Shown here: positions 1 through 15,170 of the stretch, piece by piece
Position numbering within the stretch: position 1 is the stretch's first letter
Layout: each line of letters begins with the position of its first letter
Origin: the human T2T-CHM13v2.0 reference genome, Homo sapiens
Strand: one strand, 5' to 3'
Assembly (NCBI RefSeq): GCF_009914755.1
Contig: NC_060939.1
DNA: 64,000 nucleotides
Made by a program: the position numbers and the translations under genes
Notes under the pieces: generated by a model
The model's input: the letters and a program-made list of their open reading frames with translations, nothing else
The model's database searches: none
What the model was told of the DNA's origin: nothing

Positions 1-121
1 CTCTGGAGGCTGAAGCAGGAGAATCACTTGAACGCGGGAGGTAGAGGTTGCAGTGAGCTGAGATCCATCACTGCACTGCAGCCTGGGTGACAGACCAAGA
101 CTCTGTCTCAAAAAAAAAAAA
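1..121 (+). mobile_element. Alu right arm with polyA (cut by window edge)
   Basis: ggaggctgaagcaggagaatcacttgaac...gactctgtctcaaaaa. Confidence 0.95.
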
Positions 122-799
122 AGAAGGGGTGTAATGAATTCTTCTGACACCTGGAGAAGCTCATTTAATTTATCGAGAGAAGAGGCTCCCATCCACTAGC
201 TCTGTGACCCATCTTCCCATCCATGCCAGCACAACACAGGTGCTCATTTGTCTTCTTTCCTTTCCTTTTCTCAGTAGAAGCATAATTTTGTAGACAAAAT
301 TGGGTGAAGAGACTTAATTAGTTCTTTTTCAGTAGAAAACTACATGATAGAAGCTCATAACTCTTTATCTAGGGGCTGACCACTCGACTCTCTCTAGACT
401 TAAGGAATAAACAACAAACAACTGTATAAACTCTGGTTGATGCAGTAAGTTGTTGCATATAAGCCATCTGCAGCTGGTGGCCTTGCTGCCCATTAGTCCA
501 ACCTTACAGGGTCTGCCTTTGAGAGAGATGGCTCAGTTTTTCCCACCAACTGCTCAACTACCAAACACCGTCATAGTTATTTCTGGGACATCAAGCTGTC
601 AGTCACAAGAGAGCATGTGGCATCTGCCATACACCAACCATAGTCATGGATATTGGATTGCAGATTCAGGCTCATTGACAAGTCCTTGTGTTCTTGCAAA
701 CCTAAGTGGATGTGGGTGTGATCTGAATGGCTGAACAGCATTTAGGAGCAAATGTCTTAGAGGCTAGGATGTGACAAAGGAAAACTAACTACAAAGGAA

Positions 800-975
800 T
801 AAAAAAGTTGGACCCCTACCTCACACCACATTTAAAATATAAGTCAAAATGAATTGAAGAGATAAATGTGAGTGCTAAAACTATAAAAGTCTTAGAAGAA
901 AACTAAGATGGAAATCTTCCTGACCTTGGTGTAGACAAAGCCTTCTTAGCTATAACATCAAAAGCACAAGTAGGG
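800..975 (+). mobile_element. old L1M fragment
   Basis: ttggacccctacctcacacca...aaaactataaaagtcttagaagaaaac...gaccttgg, L1 ORF2-like. Confidence 0.75.
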
Positions 976-3228
976 GTGGGAAAATCCTAACCTCTTACAA
1001 CAGAAGAGTAGCTGAGGCGGAAGGGGCTGGGAGTGAGGTAGGGAGTCACCTTCATTTCCACTGCCAGCCCAAGCAATGAATGTGCTGGCACATTCTCTAA
1101 GGAAGCCTTCCAGACTTTCCCCTTGGCAATTATGGTTTTCTGTGGACCGGGAGTCATACAGCAGTTATGGCCTTGCAGGCTAATTCAGTTTGTTGGTTTG
1201 TGTGTTGTAACGCCATGTGAGCTGTTGCTTCATGATGGGGTTCTCAGTTATGGGTCAGAGTCAGGAAAGGCTACATATTCTTGGCCTTGCTCCCTAGGGT
1301 TAATGAGACCACAGCTTAGGACACAGATGTCCTTGGCTTCGGTTTCCCAGGTACCTCCAGGATCCTGGACTTCAGGAGGAGATGCTGTCTCTGGTAAGAG
1401 AATCACACGAGTCCCCACAGATGACTCGAGGGTCCCTGGGCTGGAGCAGTCACTCCTACAAGATAACATTTTCATGTGTTCTGTGAGTTAAGGGTAAGTG
1501 GAGGAATAAATTGGCCCTGGGATTTACAAGTTAGAAGCCACAAGTTTATGCCAACAGTTTGCTGCTAGAAACCAAAACATGCCGGGAGAGGGGAAGGAAA
1601 GAGAAACGAATAAGTGGTGATGTTCAAAAGGCCACAGCCAACTTGAGCCAAGTGCATGGAGATATCGTGCAGATTACCCACCTGCCGGAGAAGATGATGC
1701 TCGTGTCAGCAGGACCCATCACGTGGGAGGGGTTCTCCAGGGAGCAATGTAACGTTTGTCAAATCACAGTGTGCCTCTCTTCGGAGAACCCCAGAGAGGC
1801 TCAGGGGCTTCTGAAACAGGCCCTGATGCCCACCAGAAATGGTCCCAGGCAGGTTCACCTCAGGACATCAGAGGAGCCTTGAAAATCTCTTATTTTGACA
1901 AACACTTTGTCAAGTGTTTCCTGACTGCCTGTATGTGACACAGGCCTTGCGCCGGGCAGAGTCTAAGCTGAGCAGGCACACGCCTAGGGGAAGCAGCCTC
2001 CAGGCCATTTCAGCAAAAAGACAAAGGCGGTAGAAAGGTGAGCAGGGATGTTCCAAGCCAAGCCTCAGGGCCTGAAGGGTGGGCGCCGGGGCCTCTGAAA
2101 GACAGCTGTGCCAGGGACCAAGCCCAGGTCTGGCCCCTCCAGAGGGCAAACAAGTGGAGACTGGAGAGGAAGCTCCACACTGAGCCACGCACCCACTGAT
2201 CCCTGCTCCTCCCTCTGGGTCACCTGTCACAGCTGAGGGCCCCTCAGTGAGCCACACCCTCATTCTGACCGCTCTCTCGGCAAACTTTCCCAGACCATGG
2301 GTGGCTCCCTGTGTGGGGAGCAACGGCGGGCGGCACCGTGAATGCAGCAGGTGATGAGTGCCTTGGAGTTCCCTTTCAGGAGACCTCTGGGCCTCTGCAT
2401 GTACTCCCTGGCTACCAGAGAAAAGCCCTGTCTTCTAGCATTTGGCATTCAGGAAACACCATGCCCTGACCAGCCTGCTGGATGGCTGCACCTCAGCAGC
2501 ACTGCACCGTCACCTGTGTGCAGGCTCCTGTGTGTGCACTTGAGTGTACGTCTGTAGACATGGGCATGCCCAGGACACCCCTCCCCTTACTGGCAGCATG
2601 AGGGTGATGCCCACACTCACTCCTACAGCAATGGACCCTGGTGAATTTTGAAAACTGTAACACACTCACATTCTCTATCGACTGCACTGCTTGGCGCCTA
2701 TTTCGGTCAGTAATTTTAAAATGAACTTGCCTTAGTCCCACTTCAGTGACAGCTTTCAGCCTCCTCTATCTTCTCTCACTGGAAATGTCTCCCCTTTGCT
2801 GGTGGGTTAGAATGCCCTCCCTCTCCCTGGGGAAAGCTGGGGTTTTAGGTGGGGGTGAGGCTGAGAAGAAGTGTGGTATGTTTTGGCTAAAAATAATCTC
2901 CTCCATGTGGGGAACGGGACAACTAAGTCTTCCATGGGGTCAGATATCCCCAAAGGGAATCTGGGAATGGATCGAATCTCCCTTCAGAGATTCAAATGCG
3001 ACCTGGAAGGAGGGGCACATTCCTGACTCAGCCTTCCCAAGGCAGCTGTCTGAGGTGTGTGCCTAGAATCCTGATCTTTCTCAGCATTTCTGTTTGAATC
3101 ACAGTTATTAGAGCAGCCACAGGCAGGGCCACGAGCGGAGGCTGCTCAACTGTGATGACAGCCGGAGCCAGGAAGAAGGCAGAGTAGGGGCTGGTAAGAG
3201 CAAATACGTGCATTTTAATCATGCTCAC

Positions 3229-3635
3229 TGTTATGGGCTAAACTGTGTCCCCCTGAAATTCAGAGGTTGAAGCCCTAATCTCCAATGTCACTGTATTTGG
3301 AGACAGGGCCTTCAGGGAGGTGATGAAGGTTAAATGAGGTCAGCAAGGTGGGGCCCTGATCCAACAGGTCTGGGTCCTTATAAAAAGAAGAAGAGACACT
3401 AGAGGTATTTCTCCCTCCCTCCCTCTTTCCCTCTCTCCAAGTGAGCACAAGAGGGCAGGTGAGGACACAGTGAGAAGGCAGCTGTCGACAAGCCAGGAAA
3501 GAGATTCCTTATCCCAAACCAGTCCTACTGGCACTGCGGAGTTCCAGCTTCCAGACCCGTAAGGAATAACTGTGTGCTGTGTAAGCCTCCCAGTCTGCAG
3601 TATTCTATAAGAGGAGCTCTAAACAAGCTAATACA
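3229..3635 (+). mobile_element. MLT1A-like MaLR solo LTR
   Basis: Starts tgttatgggctaaactgtgtcccc, contains gaggacacagtgagaaggcagctgtc, ends ctaataca. Confidence 0.85.
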
Positions 3636-4639
3636 CCCAGAGTGCACCCTGGGTCCCCTTGCTCAAACATGGCTAACCCACGAGCATGGCGGCCACCGGA
3701 ACTCACCATGCTCATTTGCCACACAGCACTGCAGCCACCTAACGCGGCATGGGCTTGGCCTTGATGTTCACGACATGGTTTAATAACAAGGAACTGATCT
3801 GGAAAGTTGTAGGAGCATCAGGTTGAACTAGTTACAAAAACGCTTGGTAGAGAAGAATAAAAAATATGGTGGAGTGGGGGTGTTCTGTATTTCAAATCAT
3901 ACAACACCTTAGCCAGCTGCATCTGTAGGCAGAGAAGTGCCATCCCTCAGTCGTTTGACAATGGGGTACACCTTGCAAGTTACAGCCAGGGATGTCCATC
4001 AGGAGAAACTAAGGCACCAGGGAGGGAGGTGAGAGAATCATGACAACATGCCAAACGTGGACCCATCACTCACGTCATTGGCCATTTCTATTTGCAGGAG
4101 ACTCCCTGGAAATCCCCAGGCCCTAGGAGATGTTCTAAAAACACTCAAACACAGCCTTGGAGGGAGGAGTCAGTTTTAAAAGACTCTTATAAAAGTAATA
4201 TACTGCTAGCTCTGAAGAATCGGAGGCTAAAATCATCTCTTCAAGTCCCCAGGGAATCCCAAAGAACTCCAGGGGAAGGTGGGATGGGCCAGAGAGCTCT
4301 GGAAGCTTCCAGGTCTGTTGCAAGCCTCACCTGGTACACAGTAGGCTCTTCCAGGTCTGTCAGGAACCCAGGAGCCTCCCCTAGCACACAGTAGGCTCAC
4401 AAAAAGGGAGCACTGCTGCTGGTTCTGCTTAGCGAATCTCAATGAAAACCGAGCGGCAACAGGCATTCCGGGTGTGCAGAACCAAATGCAGCAAGCCAGA
4501 AACATGTGCTGCTTGTTCTTTTTACCTTGACTCATTCAAAAATCACAAATGCATAAGGCCAGAAGACAGAAGGTGCTCATCACTACAAAAGCCAAGGAAG
4601 TGGGTACCTGTGCAGAGGGAAGGGGCTGTGGCTGGGACG

Positions 4640-4940
4640 GGGCCCACCTGCAGGGCTGATAGACTCTACTGTTTGACCAGGATGCTGGTCACAAGGATGT
4701 TTGCCTTATAATAATTCATTTAGAGATCAAAAAGTCAGGTCAGTGTTACCCCAGAGGGACTAGTGACCAGAAGGGGCATGAAGAGGCCCTGCCCGGGGGC
4801 TGATATTGTCTTGTTTCTAGATCCAGGTCATCATTCATCATTACACAAAGCTCATGAGTTTACAAATATTCACTGAATAGTACACTTAGATACACTATCT
4901 ATATGTAAATTATGCCTCAATTATAATTTAAAAGATAACA
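4640..4940 (+). mobile_element. L1ME-like 3' fragments
   Basis: gtcaggtcagtgttaccc...gatattgtcttgtttctagatccagg...tatatgtaaattatgcctcaat. Confidence 0.55.
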
Positions 4941-6215
4941 AAGGGATACACACATGCATGTGAAATAGAAGGAGAAGATGGCCTTGGTTTAAGAATCTGG
5001 GAAGAGTCAAGGTCACTGGACAATTTAGATAAGGGTATGTCTTTGGTATATCCAAGGGTCATGAGTTGATGAAGCTATAGTGATGTGTATTAGTCAAAGT
5101 CTGCTTTCACCTGCAACACCAGGCTTTACCTGTATCACTCGTATTTCTCAGACCATATGAGCCATTTCTAATTTACCTTTACTGCCTTCCAAGGGCTCTT
5201 CCAATGGTACGTTCTTGAGACTTGCCTGAAACAACCTTGAAAAACAGCTTCACTCCCTCTTATAGCCGTATTTCTAAAGGATGAATACAATGCAAGGCCA
5301 TGCATGGAAATATTTGCCAAGTTAGCAAAAAAAAAAAAAAAAAAAGGAAGAAAGAAAGAAAAGGATTCTCAAAACAAGTAACCGCATTTCTTGCTAAATG
5401 CTTAGCCCAGCAAAGCCCATTCTTTGGGGGATGAAATGTGGACTTTTAGTGAAACCTCGGGACAAGGGTAAGCTCTTTCAATCTACACGTTGTTCTAGAC
5501 ACCTCTCGGGGCCCTGCTCTTGGGCTGCGCACAAAGGTCAGCCCAGGCCTCAGAGCAGCTCTGGGCACCAGCTCCTGAACGCCAGCTCCTGAGTTCAAGT
5601 CCATAAATCACTCCCTGGCAGGGCATCACGGCCCCTCCACTAAAGAAGTAACCCAAACATGGGAAGCCAGCCATCATTTGGGTGTTGACTCAACAGTCAT
5701 GAACTAAAGTCAAACTACCATGACAAGCCCTCCCTTCTGATGGCCCAGGGGAAGCCCTAGGACAATCTCCGCCTTTGCTGACAGGATATAAAAATGACGG
5801 CATTACATTTTATTAAAAAAAAAAAAAGCCTCTTAGAAAAGAATGTTGATGAGAGCCATACCACGAAGTCAAGTGGGCACTAAGATTACAAAGAGGAAAC
5901 AGGTGACTCGTGGCAGAATCAGTGGCAGACAAGGAAGATGGCCAGCCTCAGAATCATCGCCAGCGTGGCAGAAAGTGGATGGTACCAAGTCTCAGGTCCC
6001 ATCTTCAGGGTGAAGGTATGTCCCTGTTCCATGCTTATGGAGGCAGCTCATTACCAGTGGGTTACAATGGGTTTCAGAATCATCCCAGACTATGGAAATA
6101 GCATGCATGTCAATGTCTGTCTTTAAAATGTCAAAGGTCAAGAAAAACAAATGTTCTTCACCTTTCAAGCAATTTCATACATTTCCAGGTTGCCTCTATG
6201 CCTCTGTGGTGGTCC

Positions 6216-6520
<305 letters not shown>

Positions 6521-6524
6521 TCAA

Positions 6525-6775
6525 CACTAACATTTGTCAGACACTTACTATGTGTGTACCAGGTCCTGCACTAAAGAGTCCCACGCGGGATCTCATTTTA
6601 TCCACACCACCACTTGGTGAGGTACATATTGTTATTATCCTTGCAGTACTACTGATGAGGAAATTAAGACTCTGAGAAGTCAACAACTCATCCGAGGTCA
6701 AACAGCAAATGAGGGGTGGAGCTGGGATTCAATCTCAGGTCTTCAGGGCCACAGGTCCTGTCCTAAAGCACTACA
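6525..6775 (-). mobile_element. MIR
   Basis: acttactatgtg...attatcctt...gatgaggaaattaagactctgagaagtcaacaactcatccgaggtca...gagctgggattcaa. Confidence 0.7.
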
Positions 6776-6895
6776 TCAGAGACCGCAAGCTGGCAGCCAC
6801 AGAAGGATTTCAACTGCAGGAATGTTTTATTTGGCCCATTTAGGATTGAAATGAAAATTCTAATCAGTCACCAACAATTGAAAATTAGAAGAGCT

Positions 6896-7533
<638 letters not shown>

Positions 7534-7579
7534 TTAGAAGAGCTTACATAAAATGCAAATTGCCTGACTTTTAAAAATA

Positions 7580-8150
7580 TTGAATAACTGGAAAATGATA
7601 GACTGTTCAATAAATGGCACTGGGACCACAGGTGTCCACAGGGAGATGAATGAATTAAACTCTCAACCTCATGCCAGACACAGAAACAAACTCAAAATGG
7701 ATGAAATACACAAGAATGGAAACAACTTCGAATCTGTCAGAGGAAAATGTAGTGGAGGTCTTTATGTTCCTAGAGTAGCAAAGAATTTTTAAAACAAGAA
7801 ACAGGAAGCAAAGATCATAAAAAAGATTGGGCTATCTAGCTAAATCCATACTGAAAACTTCTATGTCATAAAAGGTACCATAAACAAAGGTAAAGACGAA
7901 GAAAAGACATAATGAAGACATTTTCAATTCCTAAAACCAAAGATTTAAAAAGATATACAACCTACCTTGTCACCAGAGAAATGAGAAATAAAATCACAAG
8001 AAGATATCAATTCACACCCAGCATGTTGACAAAACAAAAAATTCTGACAATAACCGGCAAGGTTATCACAATTAAAGACTCCCAGATGTTATTAAAGAGA
8101 ATATAAATTGGTATATTGGCCATTTTAGGAAGTAATTTGACCCACTGAGA
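7580..8150 (+). mobile_element. old L1M fragments
   Basis: ttcaataaatggcactggga..., aaactcaaaatggat, gagaaatgagaaataaaatcacaagaagatatcaattcacaccc. Confidence 0.65.
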
Positions 8151-9859
8151 AAGGCTGAAAGGTGTGTAGAAGTCAGGAAGTGGTTATATCCTGGGAAGTG
8201 GCAGGTCACCATCCAGGCTGCATTTCCATGCTGTTGTGCCCACCCACCTGTCCCTGCTGACAGGAATCTCGGTAGCCTCTTATGTGTATGCACACATATG
8301 TACACATGCATGTGCACGTACCACCACCCCACGAAGGGATACTATTATCATCCTCATTCACACATGGGGAAACTGAGGCACCAAGAGGGTAAGCAAATCC
8401 CCCAGGCTCATGCTGCAACCAAGCAGGAGAATTCACTGAACCCAGCCAGTCTGGCTGCAGATCCCCTGTAACCGCAGCAAAGGTAGAGAGGACTCTGCCC
8501 CCAGGGAATGTACAGCAAGCCTGGGAGACAGACTCACAGTCAGGCCCGTGCATAACGCATTCCAGGGAAGACAGGAGAAGCCTGCCAACTACGATTCAAA
8601 GTCCAGGGAGTTTCCTTTTAAAACACAAACTAACAAGGCTCACGTACAGATGTCTTTAACCCTTGAGACTGCAAAAGCTAATATGCATGTGTGTATTTCT
8701 TGCAAGAAGCTTTATAGCTTTCATCTAATTTCCAAAGGGATCCATAACCTCAGAAAGGTTAAAAACACTAAACACAGGAATCCCAGAATGTAATCAAAGA
8801 CATTCCCTAGGAAAAAAAAAACCCTCTCTGATGAGCCAAGTCAGACCAAAAGATCCTGGGAAAATTATCCTCCAGCCCTTAGGGGTTACCCAAGCATTCC
8901 TCAGAAGGTGATAACCAAAAATGCTTTGTAGAATGTGCTTTTCGTTGCCAGATCTCAACTAACCGACACATAGAAAACATGAGGAAAGGTCTCACATTAT
9001 TCACCAACAATGTCACTTGTAAAAGAGCAGCCAAATTGACTCTTTATTATGCCTGGGGCGGGGGTGGGGTGGAGTGGAGTGGGAATCAGCCAAGGTAATG
9101 CATAGGGTGACGCGTACCTTTTTGTCAATCAGGTGCACGCATTTAATTTAGAAAGCACCCTGAGTTAAGCATCCAATTTAAATTAGCCTGTAATTGTAAA
9201 TAATATAAAAAAAGAAGAAAAACAGCTGAGGGATATGCACATATCCGTAGTTTAACATATATATGATTTACAAAGGTATAATCTTGAGTGTGTATATATA
9301 AAATACAAATTTTATATATACCACTCTATTCTGTTTGGACAAGGCCAATACCTGTTCCCTGGTCCCAACTGCAGGGCCTTTATTGTATCTTGGTATGTTT
9401 AACTGAATTGAACATGAATTGAACATCCATGGAGATGGACTTGGCACAGCAGAGTATATGCTTACAAATGTAACAAGCTCTCTCTGTTTTCTGAAAATTA
9501 GTATTTCTAAAAACTGGATTTGTTTTGGGTTGATAAGAGGAAAAACATGATATAAAAGCCATTTGTTGATGGTGTTCTCCATTTGATGGATACTGACAAA
9601 TCACCATGATTGCTCAGAAAATCGATGTCAACATCCACTCTGTCAGGGTCTAAGACCAAAGAAGCATTTACAGCTTCCTCCCCGTCCACAGCACACACAC
9701 CACACACACCCCGGGAACATCCCATGCCAGTGCCCGTCAGCATGGGAACAGAACAGAGCTGTGTTATTTTCCTAAATCACTCTCTCTCGGTCTAACATAA
9801 ACAACTCACCAAACAAAACTTGAAGACAAGGCAGGAGAATCATTTTAAAATGGGATCCA

Positions 9860-10779
9860 AGACCTGAGACGCAAAGCAAAAGCCTGCCTAGATCCTTCTA
9901 TTCATCCTATCCCTTCCAAGGCTGATCCATGCCAACATAACCTTTGAGTATCAAACATCAGAAGGTCTGTGTGCCTCAGCCCTGTCAAGGGGCAGGTTTC
10001 TCCTTTGCCCTCTCCTGCACCTGGGAGCACACGCACTACCAGTAGAGAAGGGCCATCTGGCCCCGTCCCAGCCGGGACCCCTGAGGGTCAGATAGAGGTG
10101 CTGAGCCCCTATGTCAAAGTTATTAAATGTTTTTGTTTTGTTCCATGGTAGCTCTTTTTTTCTCTTTTCTGATGAATTTACAAAAGAAAGCAAGCTGCTG
10201 AGAAGGCCCTGAAAGTGAGGAGGGGCAAGAAAGATGACTAGTTACGGAGAGTGAGGGTTGTTTTTGTTTTTTGTTTGTTTGTTTTGCCAAAAAAGCCTGG
10301 ATAGAGTTATCTCAGTTATCTGGCGCCCTCCTGAATGGAACCCTGGAGTAGCTCCCATGTGGAAGAGTCCCTGGATTTTCCCCAACCCCACCGTCTCCCC
10401 CTTCAGCCATGTCGACAGAGAAGATAGGAACTTAGAACCCATTTCTCACTGGAGAGGAAAACTTGTCATCTGGCTTTGTGAAGAAGGTTCTCCCTTATGC
10501 TCATCGCACATTATCTTTGCTATGTGCTAAGATATCATATTTAAAAGGCCAAAAAAAGGGACAAAAGAAATGTAAAATACTTGAATGAGCTTGTATTATA
10601 ACATTAATATTATTGGGAGTATCTGCTTTCCAGGCTGAAGTGATTCATTCATTATTCTAGTCTTGCTGTAGTCCTTTGTAATTTGTAGTAATTATGTAAT
10701 TGTGGTAATTATGTTTTTTTAATTAAAAAAGTATAATAATAAAAAACTTGAAAAGGCAAAATAAATTTTTTAAAGGAAT
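9860..10779 (+). pseudogene. 5'-truncated retrocopy of an mRNA 3'UTR (parent gene not identified)
   Basis: Perfect flanking direct repeat aaaatgggatcca at 9847-9859 and 10780-10792, preceded by TT/AAAA. AATAAA at 10738-10743 followed by a decayed A-rich tail. No match to repeat consensus sequences I know. Confidence 0.7.
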
Positions 10780-13564
10780 AAAATGGGATCCATCCTTCAA
10801 GACTATCTTCTGGAGGAGCATGGGATTGCATACGCACTTTTATTGGCCACTTCTTAATGGTACTGCTGACCTGGCCATGCTCTATTCTTCCGGGCACTGG
10901 AAATCACAGAATGTTCTAGGTTCACTTGCTCGGCCCACCATCCACGCAGGAGGCTGAAATCATTTCTTAATGGTATCTGTATTAGTTCCTTAGCTAGTCA
11001 TCCCAATTCCAAACACGCACAAGCGACACGGCACACTTCCTGAGACGGTCCTCGATTATCACTATGAGCACAATGACACCATGAAAGAGTAAAGCTTTGC
11101 TGTTGCACTGTCCCGTGACAAGTTCATTACTGCCCTGCAGAGACAACTCTCTTTTAGGAGGAAACAACTGCCCATTCTGCTCTACTGTCCCATAGATCTT
11201 TTACACCTCCATTTGGTATCATGAAATAAAGACTAATTCCAACCCTCTCAATACAGAATCTCCCATCCAAAAACATAACAACCCAAGAATGTGGACTGCT
11301 GTTTCCTGACCCCTGCACTGTGCCTGGCAGGTTCCGGCTACAGCCAGAGGCAGCCCTCATGCCTGCGTTTGGAACGCAGTAGCAATACTAAATCAGACAG
11401 ACTGGCGAGGCCAGCAATTAAACCAGAAGTTGGTGAAGCAAACTTCCCAAAGTGAAGCAAGATGTTGATGTGGAAGATCAGCTGCTTGTGAGATGAGCTG
11501 ACGATTTTCCTGGACTCTTTGTTAGATTTCATGTCTGGATCTCGTCTGGAACATCTACCAGATGGATTAGGGCCCGAATGTCTGGCGTTCTTCTGATAGC
11601 TCCAGCCTTGTAACTGTCCCATTGTCATGGCAGAAGGAACCTCACTGCTAGCCTTGATTTCAGTATGACCGATTCTCCTTCATTATCTGAGCTTGTGCAC
11701 TATAGACAACTCCACGTGGAGTCTTTGCATGGCCAACAGAGAAGTTGACAGCCCCTAAGATACCTGCCCTGGTCACTGCTGCCCTTGGGTAACAAGTTGG
11801 CCTTCTGGCTGATAGTCAGGGAAGTCTAGGGCTGGCCTGGCCTAAGTGACTCAGTCAGCAGACCCTGGAGTGCCCTTCTTGGTCCCTCCCCAGGTGTAAG
11901 GATGATGCACAAGGCCCCTGGGCTGCTCTGTAGGTAAGGGCAAATGGGCCTCTGCAAAGGGAGCTGCTAGTGTATTTCCCTTCTCCCGCTCGAAGACACA
12001 AGTATCAAAACATCCTGCTGCTGGCAGGATGGCCAGCGACCTCCAAGACACCATTTGCCTGAGGATGAATAACTCAAACTCAGAGTTTAGGTGTCGCTGA
12101 CTCTCCCCAGGAGAACCAAGACTGTGCTTACAAGAGCAGAGCTGACTCGGGAGTCCCTGTTCCTAACATATCCTCAGCTCCCTTGGCCATTCTTGGGAAT
12201 GTAAGCCACAGGGAGATTTCTCTTTGTGCCAGCAGAGTCTGAGCGGGGTGAGAAGGGCAGGCTCTGGACTGGGGTCTGCATTTGAGTCTCCCTCTGCCAC
12301 TTCCCACCTGGGTGACTATGGCAATTGTTTCATCTCCCCAAGCCTTGTGCCCCCTTTTGTAAGATGAGATGAACACCTACCTCGTGGAATTGAGGATTAA
12401 ATGAATAATGAGAGAAGAAGCAATGTTCAGAGTAAACCCTGAACAAATATTATCTAACACTGCAATTAGTTTGACCAAGTCCAAATTTTTTCTTAAAGTT
12501 TAACAGAAAGTATTTCTCAAGCCAAAACTCTGTGCCAAAAGGCACAGGACAATTTCACAATGATCGGCAGTTTAGTTGCCAGCGTAGAGGCTGTGAACCT
12601 CTAAATGCTTTTATCAACATGACATTTGGAAAGCTGAAGAACAGCAAAGAGCTGGGGACTGGGAAAACACCACCTTCACCGGCATCAGAGGCCACTCTCT
12701 TTATCTGCGCTGGGGGCCAGGACAAGGTTGGCCACGACAAGATACCAGCGTATTACAACGTCTGGAACCGCACTGTGCCTCCTTACCTTTGCTCTCCTTG
12801 CCTGACCTGGATTTTGCGCTGACTGCCTTTAAAGACAAGCTCACGGAACCCTTTTTCCCGATGCTGACACCTATCCTGACACAGTCTGCTGTCTACCAAG
12901 CTACCGGGATGCTTTATCCAGAGGCCTATGGCGCCCACCTTGGTTAGGTCCTGACGTTCCAGGCCCACCTAACAATTCACCCCTGCTCATCAAGGGGAAA
13001 GAGAACTCTTCACAAAACTTTTTCAGATTTTGAGATAGGTGAATTCATAATAATTAAATAACAATATTTTACTAAGATTAGATTTGAAACACACATTGAA
13101 TGCACTTCTTGGAAACATCACATGTTCTTCTGTTTTGTGAGGTCAGGGTGCCTTCCTGCTCTAGACTTCCCATGTATTTAATCAAACACAAGTCTAAAAA
13201 TAATAAAATTAGTTTCCTGAGGCTGAAAATGCTGTTTTGAAGAGGAAGAGTTGATATTAAATTTATAACTAGACAACACGGACATGAGACATGGGTTTGT
13301 GTTTCAGCAACATCTTTCTGATAGGGAAAAATAAACAGGAGACTTCATGTTCCACAATATAAAATACCTGTGTTTCCCACCAAAATGTCATCTCGGACAA
13401 GGCAGGCAAGGAACAGTCTTTTCAATTAGTGGTACTAGGACAACTGGATATCCATATGCAAGAAAATGAATTTAGACCCCTACTTCGCATCATACACAAA
13501 AATTAACTCAGAGGGGATCACAGACCTAAACGTAAGACTGAAAATATAAAACTCTTAGAAGCAG

Positions 13565-13853
<289 letters not shown>

Positions 13854-14094
13854 TTAGGCAATGATTTCATAGGTATGATACCAAAAGTACAAGTGATAAA
13901 AAATGACTACATCAAAGTTGAAATTTTTTATGCTTCGGAAGATACCATCAAGAAAGTGAAAAGGTTCCCACAGTGGGAAATGATATTTGCCAATCATCTA
14001 TCTGGTAAGTGACTTTTACCCAGAATACATGAAGAATCCTTACAAGTCTGTACACCATATATTTCAAAACAGCTAAAAGAGGAAGGAAAAAAGG

Positions 14095-14385
<291 letters not shown>

Positions 14386-15065
14386 AAACAGAGGATTTTA
14401 AATTTTCTCACCACAAGGAAATTATAAATATTTGAGATGACAGATATGCTAACTAGCCTGATTTGATCATTCCACAATGTAACATGTACTGAAACATACT
14501 GCACCCCATAAATACATACAATTATGGTTTGTCATTTAAAAATAAAATTCTTGGGAAGAATCCAACACCACCTCTCAGCAAAAAAAATTATTCCAACTCA
14601 ATAAAAACCAAACACAATTTTTGAATGGGCAAATGATCTAAATAGACATTTTTCCAAAGCAGAAATATGTGTGGTCAATAAGCATGGGAAAATATGTTCA
14701 ACATCAGCCATTAGAGAAAGCCAAATCAAAACCACAATAAGATACTACTTCACACCCACCAGAATGACTATAATCAAAAAGATGGGTGTTGGCAAGAATG
14801 CAGAGAAAACAGAATCTTCCTACACTGCTGACAGGAATGTAAAACGGTGTAGACACCCCCCATAGGAAAAGCGTTTGGCAGCGTCTCAAAATATTCAACC
14901 TAGAATTACCATCTGATTCAAGCAATTCCATTCCTAGTCACATATACGAAAGAACTGAAAACGTGTCCCCATAAAAACTCAAACGTGAATATTTATGGAA
15001 ACATTGTTCACAATATCAAAAAAATGGGAAGAACTCAAATACGCATCACTGAAAGATAAGCAAGT

Positions 15066-15170
15066 AAACACGCACACGTCCACCTGAACACGCAAACGTC
15101 CACCTGAACACGCACACGTCCACCTGAACATGCACACGTCCATCTACACATGCATATGTACCTCTAAACA
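15066..15170 (+). repeat. 20-bp tandem repeat (aacacgcacacgtccacctg), about 4-5 degenerate copies inside L1
   Basis: Directly visible tandem copies. Confidence 0.8.

Noticed and set aside
270-1500. Possible old ERVL/LTR internal remnants
   Set aside because: I could not match them to any consensus with confidence.
10315-10340. CTCF-like gagggcgcc motif
   Set aside because: Only the 3' half of the consensus matches.
11338-11628. ORF with MKSNKESRKIV, faintly like CR1/L3 reverse transcriptase
   Set aside because: Similarity too weak to call by eye; needs a Dfam nhmmer search.
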